DNA from: Candidatus Dadabacteria bacterium
Lineage (GTDB): Bacteria; Desulfobacterota_D; UBA1144; Nemesobacterales; CSP1-2
Assembly (NCBI GenBank): GCA_963805855.1
Contig: CAWDVW010000005.1
Span: 224,001 to 288,000 of the forward strand
DNA: 64,000 nucleotides
Direction: 5' to 3'
The position numbers and the translations under genes are program-made. This document shows, one piece after another, positions 32,346 to 42,312 of the stretch; the first letter of the stretch is position 1, and each line of letters opens with the position of its first letter. Under the pieces are notes generated by a model, which saw only the letters and a list, made by a program, of their open reading frames with translations, did not search any database and was not told the origin of the DNA.

Positions 32346-32375
32346 TAAATCCTTTTAAAAATTTCTCTCGTCTAA
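32346..32375 (+). promoter_or_regulatory. Putative ECF sigma promoter (aquaporin)
   Basis: TAAATCC-N16-CGTCTAA ending 9 nt before the ATG; identical boxes and spacing at 34705-34734. Confidence 0.6.
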
Positions 32376-32384
32376 ATAACTCAA

Positions 32385-33212
32385 ATGATCAATGCACTTC
32401 GCCAACATTGGCCTGAATATTTGATGGAAGCGGCGGGACTCGGAATATTCATGATTTCAGCCTGCGTGTTTACAATCCTATTGGAGCATCCGGGGTCTCC
32501 TGTGCGAATGGCTATAAACGATCCTTTTGTCAGGAGGTTCCTGATCGGAGTAGCCATGGGTCTTACCGCGATTGCCATTATCTATTCGCCATGGGGTAAG
32601 CAATCAGGTGCACACATAAATCCATCGGTAACACTAACCTTCCTGCGTTTAGGTAAAGTGAAGTCATGGGATGCCGTGTTTTACATCATTGCGCAGTTTA
32701 CTGGAGCACTCATTGGAGTTACCTTGGTCGTGGCTCTTGTCCGACACCTCATCACCCATCCTTCGGTCAATTTCGTTGATACCCTTCCAGGTTCCAGAGG
32801 AACAATCGTTGCCTTCATTGCCGAATTGGCAATCTCATTTATTCTCATGATGGTCATTCTGATCGTTTCCAACACAAACAAAATAGCTCGGTACACCGGT
32901 ATCTTCGCCGGAATACTGGTCGCTACCTATATCACCCTTGAGGCGCCTCTCTCCGGCATGAGCATGAACCCAGCCCGCACATTTGGATCTGCTATACCAG
33001 CCCATCATCTGATGTACCTGTGGGTCTATTTCACGGCTCCGGTCCTGGGAATGCTTTTGGCGTCGGAAGTTTACATCAGAGTGATGGGACTGAGCAGCAT
33101 TTCGTGCGCAAAGCTTCACCACCAAAATGATAAACGCTGCATCCACTGCGGCTATCCCGGCGCAATAAAATCCGCAGAATTCAATGCAACAATACATAAG
33201 GCGTATGTATGA
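32385..33212 (+). CDS. MIP-family channel (aquaporin) with Cys/His C-terminal tail
   Basis: SGAHINPS and SMNPART loops, six hydrophobic segments; tail CAKLHHQNDKRCIHC. Confidence 0.9.
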   Translation: MINALRQHWPEYLMEAAGLGIFMISACVFTILLEHPGSPVRMAINDPFVRRFLIGVAMGLTAIAIIYSPWGKQSGAHINPSVTLTFLRLGKVKSWDAVFYIIAQFTGALIGVTLVVALVRHLITHPSVNFVDTLPGSRGTIVAFIAELAISFILMMVILIVSNTNKIARYTGIFAGILVATYITLEAPLSGMSMNPARTFGSAIPAHHLMYLWVYFTAPVLGMLLASEVYIRVMGLSSISCAKLHHQNDKRCIHCGYPGAIKSAEFNATIHKAYV

Positions 33213-33447
33213 ATGTTATTGAACAATCAGGTCTGCTGCGAGGTAATAACCCCGTCCGAACTGAACTCACTCGAAGAATGTCATGCCTTATGCATCTTCA
33301 TACTTCGACAAGCTCATCATGTGCGGGTAATTTTTAATGATGCTGAATTGGATAGTGCTTATTATGGAAAAGGCAAAAATTAATAAGCAAATCGGCAAAT
33401 TAAAATTTCAGAAGGGTATTGAGAGTTTCTAAAATCGTAACGAACTT

Positions 33448-33477
33448 CAGATCCAAAGTATCCTTATTTACGTAAAT
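33448..33477 (+). promoter_or_regulatory. Possible weaker ECF promoter (msrAB)
   Basis: CAGATCC-N16-CGTAAAT; same ATCC-N16-CGT core. Confidence 0.35.
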
Positions 33478-33500
33478 TTTAGGTTGGGAGGCTGAAAGTC

Positions 33501-34610
33501 ATGATAAAAGTATTTGTAATCGCGATCCTTGCAGTAATTCTATTGTTCGTATACGCAAAATTTAATAAAAGTGACCATAATCCATCTATCCGGGCAGAGG
33601 ATTTGCAAGACCAAAATCTGGAAAAAGCGACCTTTGCAGGTGGCTGCTTCTGGTGTATGGAACCACCCTTCGAAAAACTGGAAGGCGTTTCGGCAGTAAT
33701 ATCTGGTTATACCGGGGGACAAAAAAAGAATCCTACCTATGAAGAGGTTTCTTCTGGTGGAACCGGGCACTTAGAATCTGTCGAGGTCCTCTACGATCCG
33801 TCAAAGATAACATATTCTGAACTACTAGACGTGTTCTGGAAGCAGATAGATCCGACCGACCCCAACGGTCAATTCGTTGATAGAGGCTCTCAGTACCGAT
33901 CGGCGATCTTCTATCATAACGACGAGCAAAAACGTCTGGCTGAAAAATCAAAGGAAGCGCTGGACAAATCTGGAAAATACGACAAACCCATTGTCACAGA
34001 GATTGTTAAAGCCTCTGAATTTTACAGGGCGGAGGATTATCACCAGGATTTCTATAAAAAGAATCCCGTAAGATACAAAAGCTATAGACACTTTTCCGGG
34101 CGCGACAAGTACATCAAGAAGATATGGGGTGATGAAATGAAAACAAAAACTTCAGAGAACAAAAACCAAACCTACAACAAACCGAGCCAAGAAGAACTCA
34201 AGAAAAAATTGACCCCAATTCAGTATGAAGTTACTCAGAATAACGGTACCGAGAGGCCGTTCAGCAACGAGTACTGGGATAATCACAGAGAAGGAATTTA
34301 CGTAGACATTGTTTCAGGCGAACCACTTTTCAGTTCGCTGGACAAGTTTGAATCCGGCACCGGATGGCCCAGCTTTACCAAGCCACTCGAGAAAGAGAAT
34401 ATTGTCGAAGGGCAAGACAACAGTTTATTCATGTCCAGGACCGAGCTCCGAAGCAACAACGCAAATTCCCACCTCGGACATGTATTTAATGATGGACCGC
34501 AACCGACAGGACTCCGATATTGTATCAACTCCGCAGCACTCCGCTTTATCCCGAAAGAAGATTTAGCGAAAGAAGGGTACGGAGAATATCAGAAACTTTT
34601 TGAAAAGTAA
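33501..34610 (+). CDS. msrAB: Exported bifunctional methionine sulfoxide reductase MsrA-MsrB
   Basis: N-terminal TM/signal; AGGCFWC, AEDYHQ; GTERPF, GWPSF, HLGHVF, RYCINS. Confidence 0.95.
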   Translation: MIKVFVIAILAVILLFVYAKFNKSDHNPSIRAEDLQDQNLEKATFAGGCFWCMEPPFEKLEGVSAVISGYTGGQKKNPTYEEVSSGGTGHLESVEVLYDPSKITYSELLDVFWKQIDPTDPNGQFVDRGSQYRSAIFYHNDEQKRLAEKSKEALDKSGKYDKPIVTEIVKASEFYRAEDYHQDFYKKNPVRYKSYRHFSGRDKYIKKIWGDEMKTKTSENKNQTYNKPSQEELKKKLTPIQYEVTQNNGTERPFSNEYWDNHREGIYVDIVSGEPLFSSLDKFESGTGWPSFTKPLEKENIVEGQDNSLFMSRTELRSNNANSHLGHVFNDGPQPTGLRYCINSAALRFIPKEDLAKEGYGEYQKLFEK

Positions 34611-34704
34611 GAATTCAAATTTATGCACGGCCGATTGCGCTCTGTGTGGAATCAGGCTGAATACCATCGGATAGGTTTTACATAACACAAAATCTCCAGA
34701 TTGT

Positions 34705-34734
34705 TAAATCCTTCTCGAAAATTTAAACGTCTAA
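34705..34734 (+). promoter_or_regulatory. Putative ECF sigma promoter (DM13-GMC operon)
   Basis: TAAATCC-N16-CGTCTAA about 105 nt before the DM13 start. Confidence 0.6.
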
Positions 34735-34839
34735 CATTACCATAGTACAATTGATTGATGATTAATCTAATTTAGTGTTTAATGAAAGATGTGTCGGTCT
34801 TGAAATTGAAATTACAAAAAACTTGGAGGAGCCCAAATT

Positions 34840-35343
34840 ATGAATATACGTAATTTAGTAATTGTCATTGTTTTGATAATGATATTTGTCCTCTGGTATT
34901 TGTTCCGTCCTGAAAGGATTTTCATAAGCAAGACCGTTGACGAGGAGTTTCCCGGAACGACGGCGGTAGAAACGACCCAATCCGAAAACGAACCCAGGCT
35001 CCTTTACAATGGGAGCTTTCACGGTGTCGCACATGAAACAAAAGGAGCTGCCTCGATCTACCAGTTGCCAGATGGCAAGCAGGTACTGCGCTTTACAGAA
35101 TTTGAAACCTCGAATGGTCCAGACGTGCAGGTCTATCTGGTCGCAGCCGAGGATGCCAACGACAATGACACGGTAAAGAACGCCGGATTTATTCATCTTG
35201 CTGCACTCAAAGGGAATGTCGGCGATCAGAACTATGATCTGCCATCTGATATCGATTACAATAAATACAAAGCAGTAACAATCTGGTGTCGTAGGTTTGG
35301 GGTAAACTTCGGCACCGCTCCGTTAAAGCCGAATGCAGGTTAA
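34840..35343 (+). CDS. DM13 domain protein, membrane anchored
   Basis: GSF...HETKG, NGPDVQVYL, LKGNVGDQNY, IWCRRFGVNFG. Confidence 0.9.
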   Translation: MNIRNLVIVIVLIMIFVLWYLFRPERIFISKTVDEEFPGTTAVETTQSENEPRLLYNGSFHGVAHETKGAASIYQLPDGKQVLRFTEFETSNGPDVQVYLVAAEDANDNDTVKNAGFIHLAALKGNVGDQNYDLPSDIDYNKYKAVTIWCRRFGVNFGTAPLKPNAG

Positions 35344-35354
35344 GGAGCTGGGAA

Positions 35355-36926
35355 ATGAAAGCCGAAAATCAATATGACGTAATTATAATAGGATCCGGAG
35401 CAGGCGGCGGTACTCTGGCACATCATTTGGCTCCTTCGGGAAAGAGGGTATTGCTGCTGGAACGAGGCGACTATGTGCCCAGAGAAAAGGACAACTGGAA
35501 CCCTGTCGCCGTCAACGTGGAGGCAAAATACAATACCAAAGAGGTATGGCGAGATAAGGATGGTAAAGAACTGCACCCCCATACAAACTACTTTGTAGGC
35601 GGTAATACGAAGTTCTACGGCGCTGCGCTATTCCGCCTGCGCAAGGAAGATTTCGGTGAGATCGCCCACCACGGAGGTATTTCTCCGGCCTGGCCTCTTA
35701 GCTACGATGACCTTGAGCCCTATTATACTAAAGCCGAACAGATCTATCATGTACACGGCAAGCGCGGTGAAGATCCGACTGAACCCCATTCTGAAACACC
35801 ATACCCACATCCGCCCGTAAGCCATGAGCCGCGCATAAAGCAGCTTAGTGATGACTTTTCGAGTCATGGCCTCAATCCATTTCATACGCCCCTTGGGGTC
35901 ATGCTGGATGAACAGAACCCCCAGACCAGCCGCTGCATTCGCTGCAATACCTGTGATGGGTTTCCGTGCCTTGTGTATGCGAAGTCCGATGCCCATGTGT
36001 GCTGTGTGGAACCCGCCCTTCAGAATTCTAATGTAACATTGCTGAGAAATTCCTTTGTCACGAAGCTGGAGACCGGTCCCACGGGACGAGATATCTCCAG
36101 GGTTCATGTTAAACGGAACGGCTCAACAGAAAGTTACTCGGGGAATATCGTGGTGGTGTCATGCGGAGCGATAAACTCTGCAGCATTGCTGCTGCGCTCC
36201 GCAAACGACAAGCATCCGAACGGCCTGGCGAACGGCTCCGATGTCGTCGGAAGGCACTATATGGGTCACGTAAATTCGGTGCTGATGGCGATCTCAAAAT
36301 GTCCCAATCCAACCGTGTTCCAGAAGACCCTCTCGGTAAACGACTTCTATTTCGGCTCAAAGGAATGGGAATACCCAATGGGCCACATCTCTTTTGTCGG
36401 CAAGCTTGATGCAGAAACACTCAAGGCCGGGGCGCCTGCACTTACTCCGAAATGGACTCTTAAGTACATGGCCGGTCACTCGCTTGATTTCTGGCTCACA
36501 TCAGAAGACCTACCCGATCAAGAAAACCGGGTGACCTTGGATGGTGAAGGAAATATTGTGCTGAAATACAAACCGAACAACGAAGAGGGTCATAAGCGAC
36601 TGATCGCTAAACTTGAAAGTCTGATGAATCAGCAGTCGAAGTGCTCTGTTCATGGGCATGAATGTCATCAGGGTTTATTTGCGCGAAACCTGTTTATCGG
36701 TCAGCGTATTCCGCTCGCCGGTGTTGCCCATCAGAACGGTACTATTCGGTTTGGAAATGATCCAAAAACGTCAGCTCTCGATATTAACTGTAAGGCACAC
36801 GAAGTTGATAACCTATACGTAGTTGATGCCAGCTTTTTTCCCTCGTGCGGCGCGGTGAATCCCGGCCTGACAATCATGGCAAATGCTCTGAGAGTGGGCG
36901 ATCACATTCTTGAGCGACTGGGGTAA
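35355..36926 (+). CDS. GMC-family FAD oxidoreductase
   Basis: IIGSGAGGG, VGGNTKFYGA, CIRCNTCDGFPC, AHQNGT, VVDASFFP, NPGLTIMANALR. Confidence 0.9.
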   Translation: MKAENQYDVIIIGSGAGGGTLAHHLAPSGKRVLLLERGDYVPREKDNWNPVAVNVEAKYNTKEVWRDKDGKELHPHTNYFVGGNTKFYGAALFRLRKEDFGEIAHHGGISPAWPLSYDDLEPYYTKAEQIYHVHGKRGEDPTEPHSETPYPHPPVSHEPRIKQLSDDFSSHGLNPFHTPLGVMLDEQNPQTSRCIRCNTCDGFPCLVYAKSDAHVCCVEPALQNSNVTLLRNSFVTKLETGPTGRDISRVHVKRNGSTESYSGNIVVVSCGAINSAALLLRSANDKHPNGLANGSDVVGRHYMGHVNSVLMAISKCPNPTVFQKTLSVNDFYFGSKEWEYPMGHISFVGKLDAETLKAGAPALTPKWTLKYMAGHSLDFWLTSEDLPDQENRVTLDGEGNIVLKYKPNNEEGHKRLIAKLESLMNQQSKCSVHGHECHQGLFARNLFIGQRIPLAGVAHQNGTIRFGNDPKTSALDINCKAHEVDNLYVVDASFFPSCGAVNPGLTIMANALRVGDHILERLG

Positions 36927-37099
36927 AGAGAAATGGCGCTTCACCCTGCGACCCTTCAACCCTTCGACTGGGCTCAGGGCTCAGCGTGAGCGGACAAAAG
37001 TCACTTAGATTATTGGCGGTTTACGGTTCATGCTTAGCTAGTCGAAGCACGGAAGCTTTTTTGGTGTCCTGCAAGATACAATGCATTTGCATATACGAA

Positions 37100-38206
37100 A
37101 TGACGAAGCTCACACTAATTGAAATGACAACTCCAGTTTCAGCTAGATCCAAGATTTCTTTTTTATCGTTTCGTTTCATTCCTCTCACCGTACTGCTCGT
37201 TCTTTCGTATTCAATCGCTCTTAGCCCTTGCTCTCCCGCCGCTTGGTCACAGCAGCCATCCAGCAAAACACGGGTAAAAGCCGTTGATACCATCGGTATG
37301 ACCGTCTCGGATATGGATCGTTCCATAGATTTCTATACCAGTGTTCTTACTTTCGAAAAGGTTTCGGATGTCGAGGTCTGGGGACCCGAGTACGAGCACC
37401 TTCAGGGGATCTTTGGCATACGTATGCGTGTCGCGCGTTTGAAGATTGGTGATCAGTTCATCGAGTTAACCGAATATCTAACTCCTAAGGGTAGGCCTGT
37501 ACCAATCGATTCTCGAAGCAATGATAAATGGTTTCAGCACATAGCAATCGTTGTAGATGACATGGATAAAGCATATGAGCATCTTCGTAAGTACAAGGTT
37601 CAGCACGCTTCTACTGCCCCTCAGACACTTCCAGACTGGAACAAGGCCGCCGCCGGAATAAAAGCCTTTTATTTTAAGGATCCCGACGGGCATAATCTAG
37701 AGATCATATACTTCCCTCCCGGAAAAGGTGATTCAAAATGGCAAGTTCCCACCGACAAATTATTTTTGGGGATAGATCATACGGCGATTGTCGTAGGCGA
37801 TACAGATCAAAGCCTGAAGTTTTACCGAGACTTAATGGGGATGGACGTCAAGGGCGGAAGTGAAAATTATGGAACAGAGCAGGAGCACCTGAATAACGTA
37901 TTCGGAGCACACTTGGAGATAACTGGTCTTCGGACTCCAATGGGGCCGGGAATTGAATGTCTGGAATACATCTCACCCGACGACGGCCGCCGAATTCCTG
38001 TTAATGAGCGCGCAAACGACATAATGCACTGGCAGACAACCCTCGTAGTAGATGACGTAGAGGATGCAGCAAAGCAAATCAGAGCGGGAGATTACAAATT
38101 TATCTCATCCGGGGTCGTGGAACTTCCGGATAATAAACTTGGTTTTAGAAGAGGATTCCTAGTTCGTGACCCGGACGGTCACGTTATGAGATTAGTGGAA
38201 AAATAA
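37100..38206 (+). CDS. VOC/glyoxalase-family protein (two VOC repeats), probably exported
   Basis: [43 protein letters not shown]; hydrophobic segment ending AAWS; start uncertain (37100 or 37124). Confidence 0.8.
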   Translation: MTKLTLIEMTTPVSARSKISFLSFRFIPLTVLLVLSYSIALSPCSPAAWSQQPSSKTRVKAVDTIGMTVSDMDRSIDFYTSVLTFEKVSDVEVWGPEYEHLQGIFGIRMRVARLKIGDQFIELTEYLTPKGRPVPIDSRSNDKWFQHIAIVVDDMDKAYEHLRKYKVQHASTAPQTLPDWNKAAAGIKAFYFKDPDGHNLEIIYFPPGKGDSKWQVPTDKLFLGIDHTAIVVGDTDQSLKFYRDLMGMDVKGGSENYGTEQEHLNNVFGAHLEITGLRTPMGPGIECLEYISPDDGRRIPVNERANDIMHWQTTLVVDDVEDAAKQIRAGDYKFISSGVVELPDNKLGFRRGFLVRDPDGHVMRLVEK

Positions 38207-38238
38207 TTGAGCGACACATAATTCGCAGGAGGTTAAGT

Positions 38239-39345
38239 ATGAAGGCAATAGCCGTTATACCAGGGAGACCAAATTCAATTCATTTGCGAGAGGTGCCGAA
38301 ACCAAAACTAACCGATATTCCAAATGGACGCGGAGTATTGGTCAAGCTACTCCGCGTCGGTGTAGATGGGACTGATAAAGAAATCAATGCCGCAGAATAT
38401 GGCGCTGCACCGCCGGGGGATGATTACCTCATAACCGGGCATGAATCCTTTGGAATCGTAGAAGAGGTCGGGCCGAATGTCAGCGAGTTACAACCGGGCG
38501 ATTATGTTGTAGCCACGGTGAGACGTCCGGGGAATTCTCCCTACGACAAGATCGGGATGTATGACATGACAACCGATGACGTGTACTTTGAGCGTGGCAT
38601 AAATCTTCGTCACGGGTATCTGACAGAATATTATGTTGATGATCCGGAATACATAGTAAAGGTACCACAGGGGCTCAGGGAGGTCGGGGTCGTTCTTGAA
38701 CCTACAAGCGTGATAGAAAAGGGCATAGTCCAGGCTTATGAGATCCAGCGCAGGCTTAGAATTTGGAACCCAAGGCGAGCCGCAGTGCTTGGAGCGGGAA
38801 CAATCGGGATACTCGCAACCATGGCCCTCCGTCTGAGGGGCTTAGAAGTCTGCACATTCGGAAGGACCAAGCCACCGTACTTAAATTCAGATCTATTGGG
38901 GGAAATAGGAGCCTGCTATCATAGCACGGATGACACTACTCTCACCGATTCTGCCAAAGAGCATGGTCCATATAATCTCATTTTTGAAGCGACAGGATTT
39001 TCGCCAATTGTCTTTGAAGCAATGAACGTACTGGGGAAAAACGGTGTCCTTGTGCTTTCAAGTGTGACCGGCGGAGGAAGAACAATAGAGGTTCCTGCGG
39101 ATATGATTAATCTGGGATTCGTACTCGGAAACAAGGTTGTGGTAGGCACGGTGAACGCAAACAGGGAGTATTTTGAGATAGGGGTCAAGGATCTTTCACA
39201 GGCAGACCTCGAATGGCCCGGCTGGCTCTCAAAGCTTCTGACCCATCCCGTCAAAGGGCTTGAAAATTACGAGGAATTGATAAATACACTCACAAACGCA
39301 AAGGGGGCAATTAAGGTTTTTTGCGAAGTGGCACCATTGACGTGA
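38239..39345 (+). CDS. Zn-dependent glucose 1-dehydrogenase (MDR family, archaeal-type)
   Basis: GVDGTD, GHES, TVRRP, ERGI...[24 protein letters not shown]. Confidence 0.85.
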   Translation: MKAIAVIPGRPNSIHLREVPKPKLTDIPNGRGVLVKLLRVGVDGTDKEINAAEYGAAPPGDDYLITGHESFGIVEEVGPNVSELQPGDYVVATVRRPGNSPYDKIGMYDMTTDDVYFERGINLRHGYLTEYYVDDPEYIVKVPQGLREVGVVLEPTSVIEKGIVQAYEIQRRLRIWNPRRAAVLGAGTIGILATMALRLRGLEVCTFGRTKPPYLNSDLLGEIGACYHSTDDTTLTDSAKEHGPYNLIFEATGFSPIVFEAMNVLGKNGVLVLSSVTGGGRTIEVPADMINLGFVLGNKVVVGTVNANREYFEIGVKDLSQADLEWPGWLSKLLTHPVKGLENYEELINTLTNAKGAIKVFCEVAPLT

Positions 39346-39348
39346 ATT

Positions 39349-39426
39349 GATACAAGATACATGATGCAAGATGCAAGATATGAGATACATCTTTTGTCAT
39401 GCATACTGAATCGCGCATCATGCATC
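39349..39426. repeat. GATRCAN heptamer tandem array with inverted counterpart
   Basis: gatacaa gatacat gatgcaa gatgcaa gatatga gatacat, then tgaatc gcgcatc atgcatc. Confidence 0.7.
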
Positions 39427-39448
39427 AGTTGATTATTGGAGGAAAACC

Positions 39449-42145
39449 ATGACTAACGAAGAAAAAAGGCTTGAGGAAGACCTTAACAGAAAAGCCTATT
39501 GGAAGCGTTGGGGACCATATTTGAGTGAACGACAGTGGGGGACAGTAAGAGAGGATTATAGTCCCCATGGAGCAGCGTGGGACTATCTTACACACGACCA
39601 AGCACGATTTCGGACATACAGGTGGGGAGAAGACGGTATTGCCGGTATTTCAGACAACCACCAGCGGCTTTGCTTTGCAATTGCACTTTGGAATGGAAAT
39701 GACCCGATTATAAAGGAAAGACTTTTCGGCTTAACCGGAAGTGAAGGCAATCACGGCGAAGACGTAAAGGAATACTATTTTTATTTAGATAGCACTCCAA
39801 CCCATTCATATATGAAGTATCTCTACAAGTATCCGCAAGACGCCTTTCCATACTCCCAGCTCGTGGAAGAGAATAGGCGAAGGAGCCGGCGGGATTTTGA
39901 ATTTGAACTCATGGACACCGGTGTATTTCGCGACGACCGCTATTTCGATGTATTCGTGGAATACGCCAAGGATGAGCCAGATGACATACTCATTAAAATT
40001 GCCGTCGCCAACCGGGGACATGAAGAGGCCATTTTACACCTATTACCAACCATATGGTTTCGCAATACATGGACCTGGAATGGTGACGTTGATAAACCCT
40101 ATCTAAAGGAATTAAAGAAAAAGGGGGGCAAGGCCTTAGTGGAAGTTTCTCACCCCGGCCTTGGAAAAATGTGGCTGCACTGCGACAATCCGGATGAAAT
40201 TCTCTTCACAGAAAATGAAACCAACCATGAAAGACTATACGGGATTAATCACGGAAACCTCTACTGTAAAAGCGGTATTGATGAATACATTGTGCACAAC
40301 AAAAAAGAGGCAGTGAATCCAGACAAGATAGGGACAAAAGCGTCGCCCCATTATATGCTACGCATTGGGTCAGGAGAGAGACGTACCATACGGCTACGTC
40401 TTAGCAATAAAAAGGATTTGCCTGACCCACTCGGAGATCAGTTCGAATTAATTTTCAATGATCGTTTGAAGGAGGCGGACGAATTTTACAGCAGCCTTTC
40501 ACCCTTCCCGTTAAACGAAGAATTGAGGAGTGTCCAGCGACAGGCTTTCGCGGGCATGCTCTGGAGTAAGCAGTTCTACCACTACGTAGTAGAAGATTGG
40601 CTAAAAGGGGACCCCTCTACCCCAAGACCTCCTACGGAGCGCAACAGTGGCAGGAATCGCGATTGGATTCATCTCTATAACGACGACATCCTTTCGATGC
40701 CCGATAAATGGGAATACCCGTGGTTCGCTGCATGGGACCTGGCATTTCACACAATTCCTCTCGCAATGATCGATCCGGAATTTGCAAAACGTCAACTGAT
40801 ACTTCTTACGCGGGAATGGTATATGCATCCCAACGGTCAACTTCCTGCATATGAATGGGCTTTTGGCGATGTTAACCCGCCCGTTCATGCCTGGGCAGCG
40901 CTCCGTGTATATAAAATAGAGAAAAAGATGTACGGCCGCGACGACAGACTATTCTTAGAAAGGGTTTTTCAGAAGCTACTTCTCAATTTTACATGGTGGG
41001 TGAACAGAAAGGACTCAGAAGGCAAAAACGTATTTGAGGGAGGGTTTCTGGGATTAGATAACATCGGCGTTTTTGATAGGAGCGCAAAACTTCCAACAGG
41101 TGGAAAGATTGAGCAGGCAGACGGAACGAGCTGGATGGGAATGTATTGTTTGAATATGCTGGCTATAGCCCTAGAATTGGCCAAATATAATCCGAGCTAT
41201 GAAGACATCGCCAGCAAGTTTTTCGAGCATTTTCTATACATAGCAGACGCAATGAATTTGCTTGGGGAAGGCAGAGGGCTCTGGGACGAAGAAGATGGCT
41301 TCTACTACGACGTCCTGAATTTGCCAGATGGCCGCCACCTTCCTATGAAAGTCCGTTCAATGGTGGGGCTTATCCCACTGTTCGCCGTTCAGACAATGGA
41401 AGCCGATACCCTCAATATGCTTCGAGGTTTTAAAGGACGGCTTGAATGGTTTATAGATAATCGCGAGGAACTTAAGAAAAATGTCGCCTGCATGAGAACA
41501 CCCGGCGCTGGCGAAAGGAGACTTCTCTCGATTGTGAACCAGGAGAAGCTTAGGCGCATACTCCAGAAGATGCTTGATGAAAATGAATTCCTCGGGCCGT
41601 ATGGAATACGCGCCATTTCCAGGTTTCATGAGTCAAATCCATATGTGTTCCACGTTAATGGTCAAGAATACAGGGTCGATTATGAACCGGCCGAATCCTC
41701 GAGCGGTCTCTTCGGCGGCAATTCCAATTGGCGGGGACCTGTCTGGTTCCCGGTCAATTTTCTCCTAGTAGAGGCGCTGCAAAAGTTTCATTACTATCTC
41801 GGTGACGGATTCAAGGTTGAGTGTCCCACCGGTTCAGGTAAAGAAATGACTCTTTGGGAGGTTGCATCCGAATTATCTCACAGGCTTATGAGCATCTTCC
41901 TTAGAGACTCATCGGGTAGGAGACCGGTATACGGTGGAATTGAAAAGTTCCAGAATGATCCTCACTGGCGTGATTTTATACTTTTCCATGAATACTTTCA
42001 TGGAGATAACGGAGCCGGAATCGGTGCTAGTCATCAGACGGGCTGGACGGGAGTCGTGGCAAAGCTTATACAGCAATGTGGAGAATACTGCCTGCAAGAT
42101 AAGGCACCTGAACAGATAAAAATTCAGGAAGAGAAAATAACGTAG
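39449..42145 (+). CDS. MGH1/GH63-like (alpha/alpha)6 glucosidase
   Basis: [64 protein letters not shown]. Confidence 0.85.
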   Translation: MTNEEKRLEEDLNRKAYWKRWGPYLSERQWGTVREDYSPHGAAWDYLTHDQARFRTYRWGEDGIAGISDNHQRLCFAIALWNGNDPIIKERLFGLTGSEGNHGEDVKEYYFYLDSTPTHSYMKYLYKYPQDAFPYSQLVEENRRRSRRDFEFELMDTGVFRDDRYFDVFVEYAKDEPDDILIKIAVANRGHEEAILHLLPTIWFRNTWTWNGDVDKPYLKELKKKGGKALVEVSHPGLGKMWLHCDNPDEILFTENETNHERLYGINHGNLYCKSGIDEYIVHNKKEAVNPDKIGTKASPHYMLRIGSGERRTIRLRLSNKKDLPDPLGDQFELIFNDRLKEADEFYSSLSPFPLNEELRSVQRQAFAGMLWSKQFYHYVVEDWLKGDPSTPRPPTERNSGRNRDWIHLYNDDILSMPDKWEYPWFAAWDLAFHTIPLAMIDPEFAKRQLILLTREWYMHPNGQLPAYEWAFGDVNPPVHAWAALRVYKIEKKMYGRDDRLFLERVFQKLLLNFTWWVNRKDSEGKNVFEGGFLGLDNIGVFDRSAKLPTGGKIEQADGTSWMGMYCLNMLAIALELAKYNPSYEDIASKFFEHFLYIADAMNLLGEGRGLWDEEDGFYYDVLNLPDGRHLPMKVRSMVGLIPLFAVQTMEADTLNMLRGFKGRLEWFIDNREELKKNVACMRTPGAGERRLLSIVNQEKLRRILQKMLDENEFLGPYGIRAISRFHESNPYVFHVNGQEYRVDYEPAESSSGLFGGNSNWRGPVWFPVNFLLVEALQKFHYYLGDGFKVECPTGSGKEMTLWEVASELSHRLMSIFLRDSSGRRPVYGGIEKFQNDPHWRDFILFHEYFHGDNGAGIGASHQTGWTGVVAKLIQQCGEYCLQDKAPEQIKIQEEKIT

Positions 42146-42204
42146 AAGAAGATGACGTCGACGGGTCGAGAGATCTGATGACAGTTTAAAATATGATTAA
42201 ATCT

Positions 42205-42257
42205 GCAGGGAACGCATGCCTGTCCTGAAGCCTGGCCGAAGGATATGCGTTCCCTAC
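42205..42257. repeat. GTAG-type REP with nested CCTTCG..CAGGACAGG unit
   Basis: Near reverse complement of 54551-54601. Confidence 0.65.
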
Positions 42258-42312
42258 TCAGATGAATTTTAAACAATAATTAGCACACAAGTACCCGGAG
42301 GTTCATTTAATA

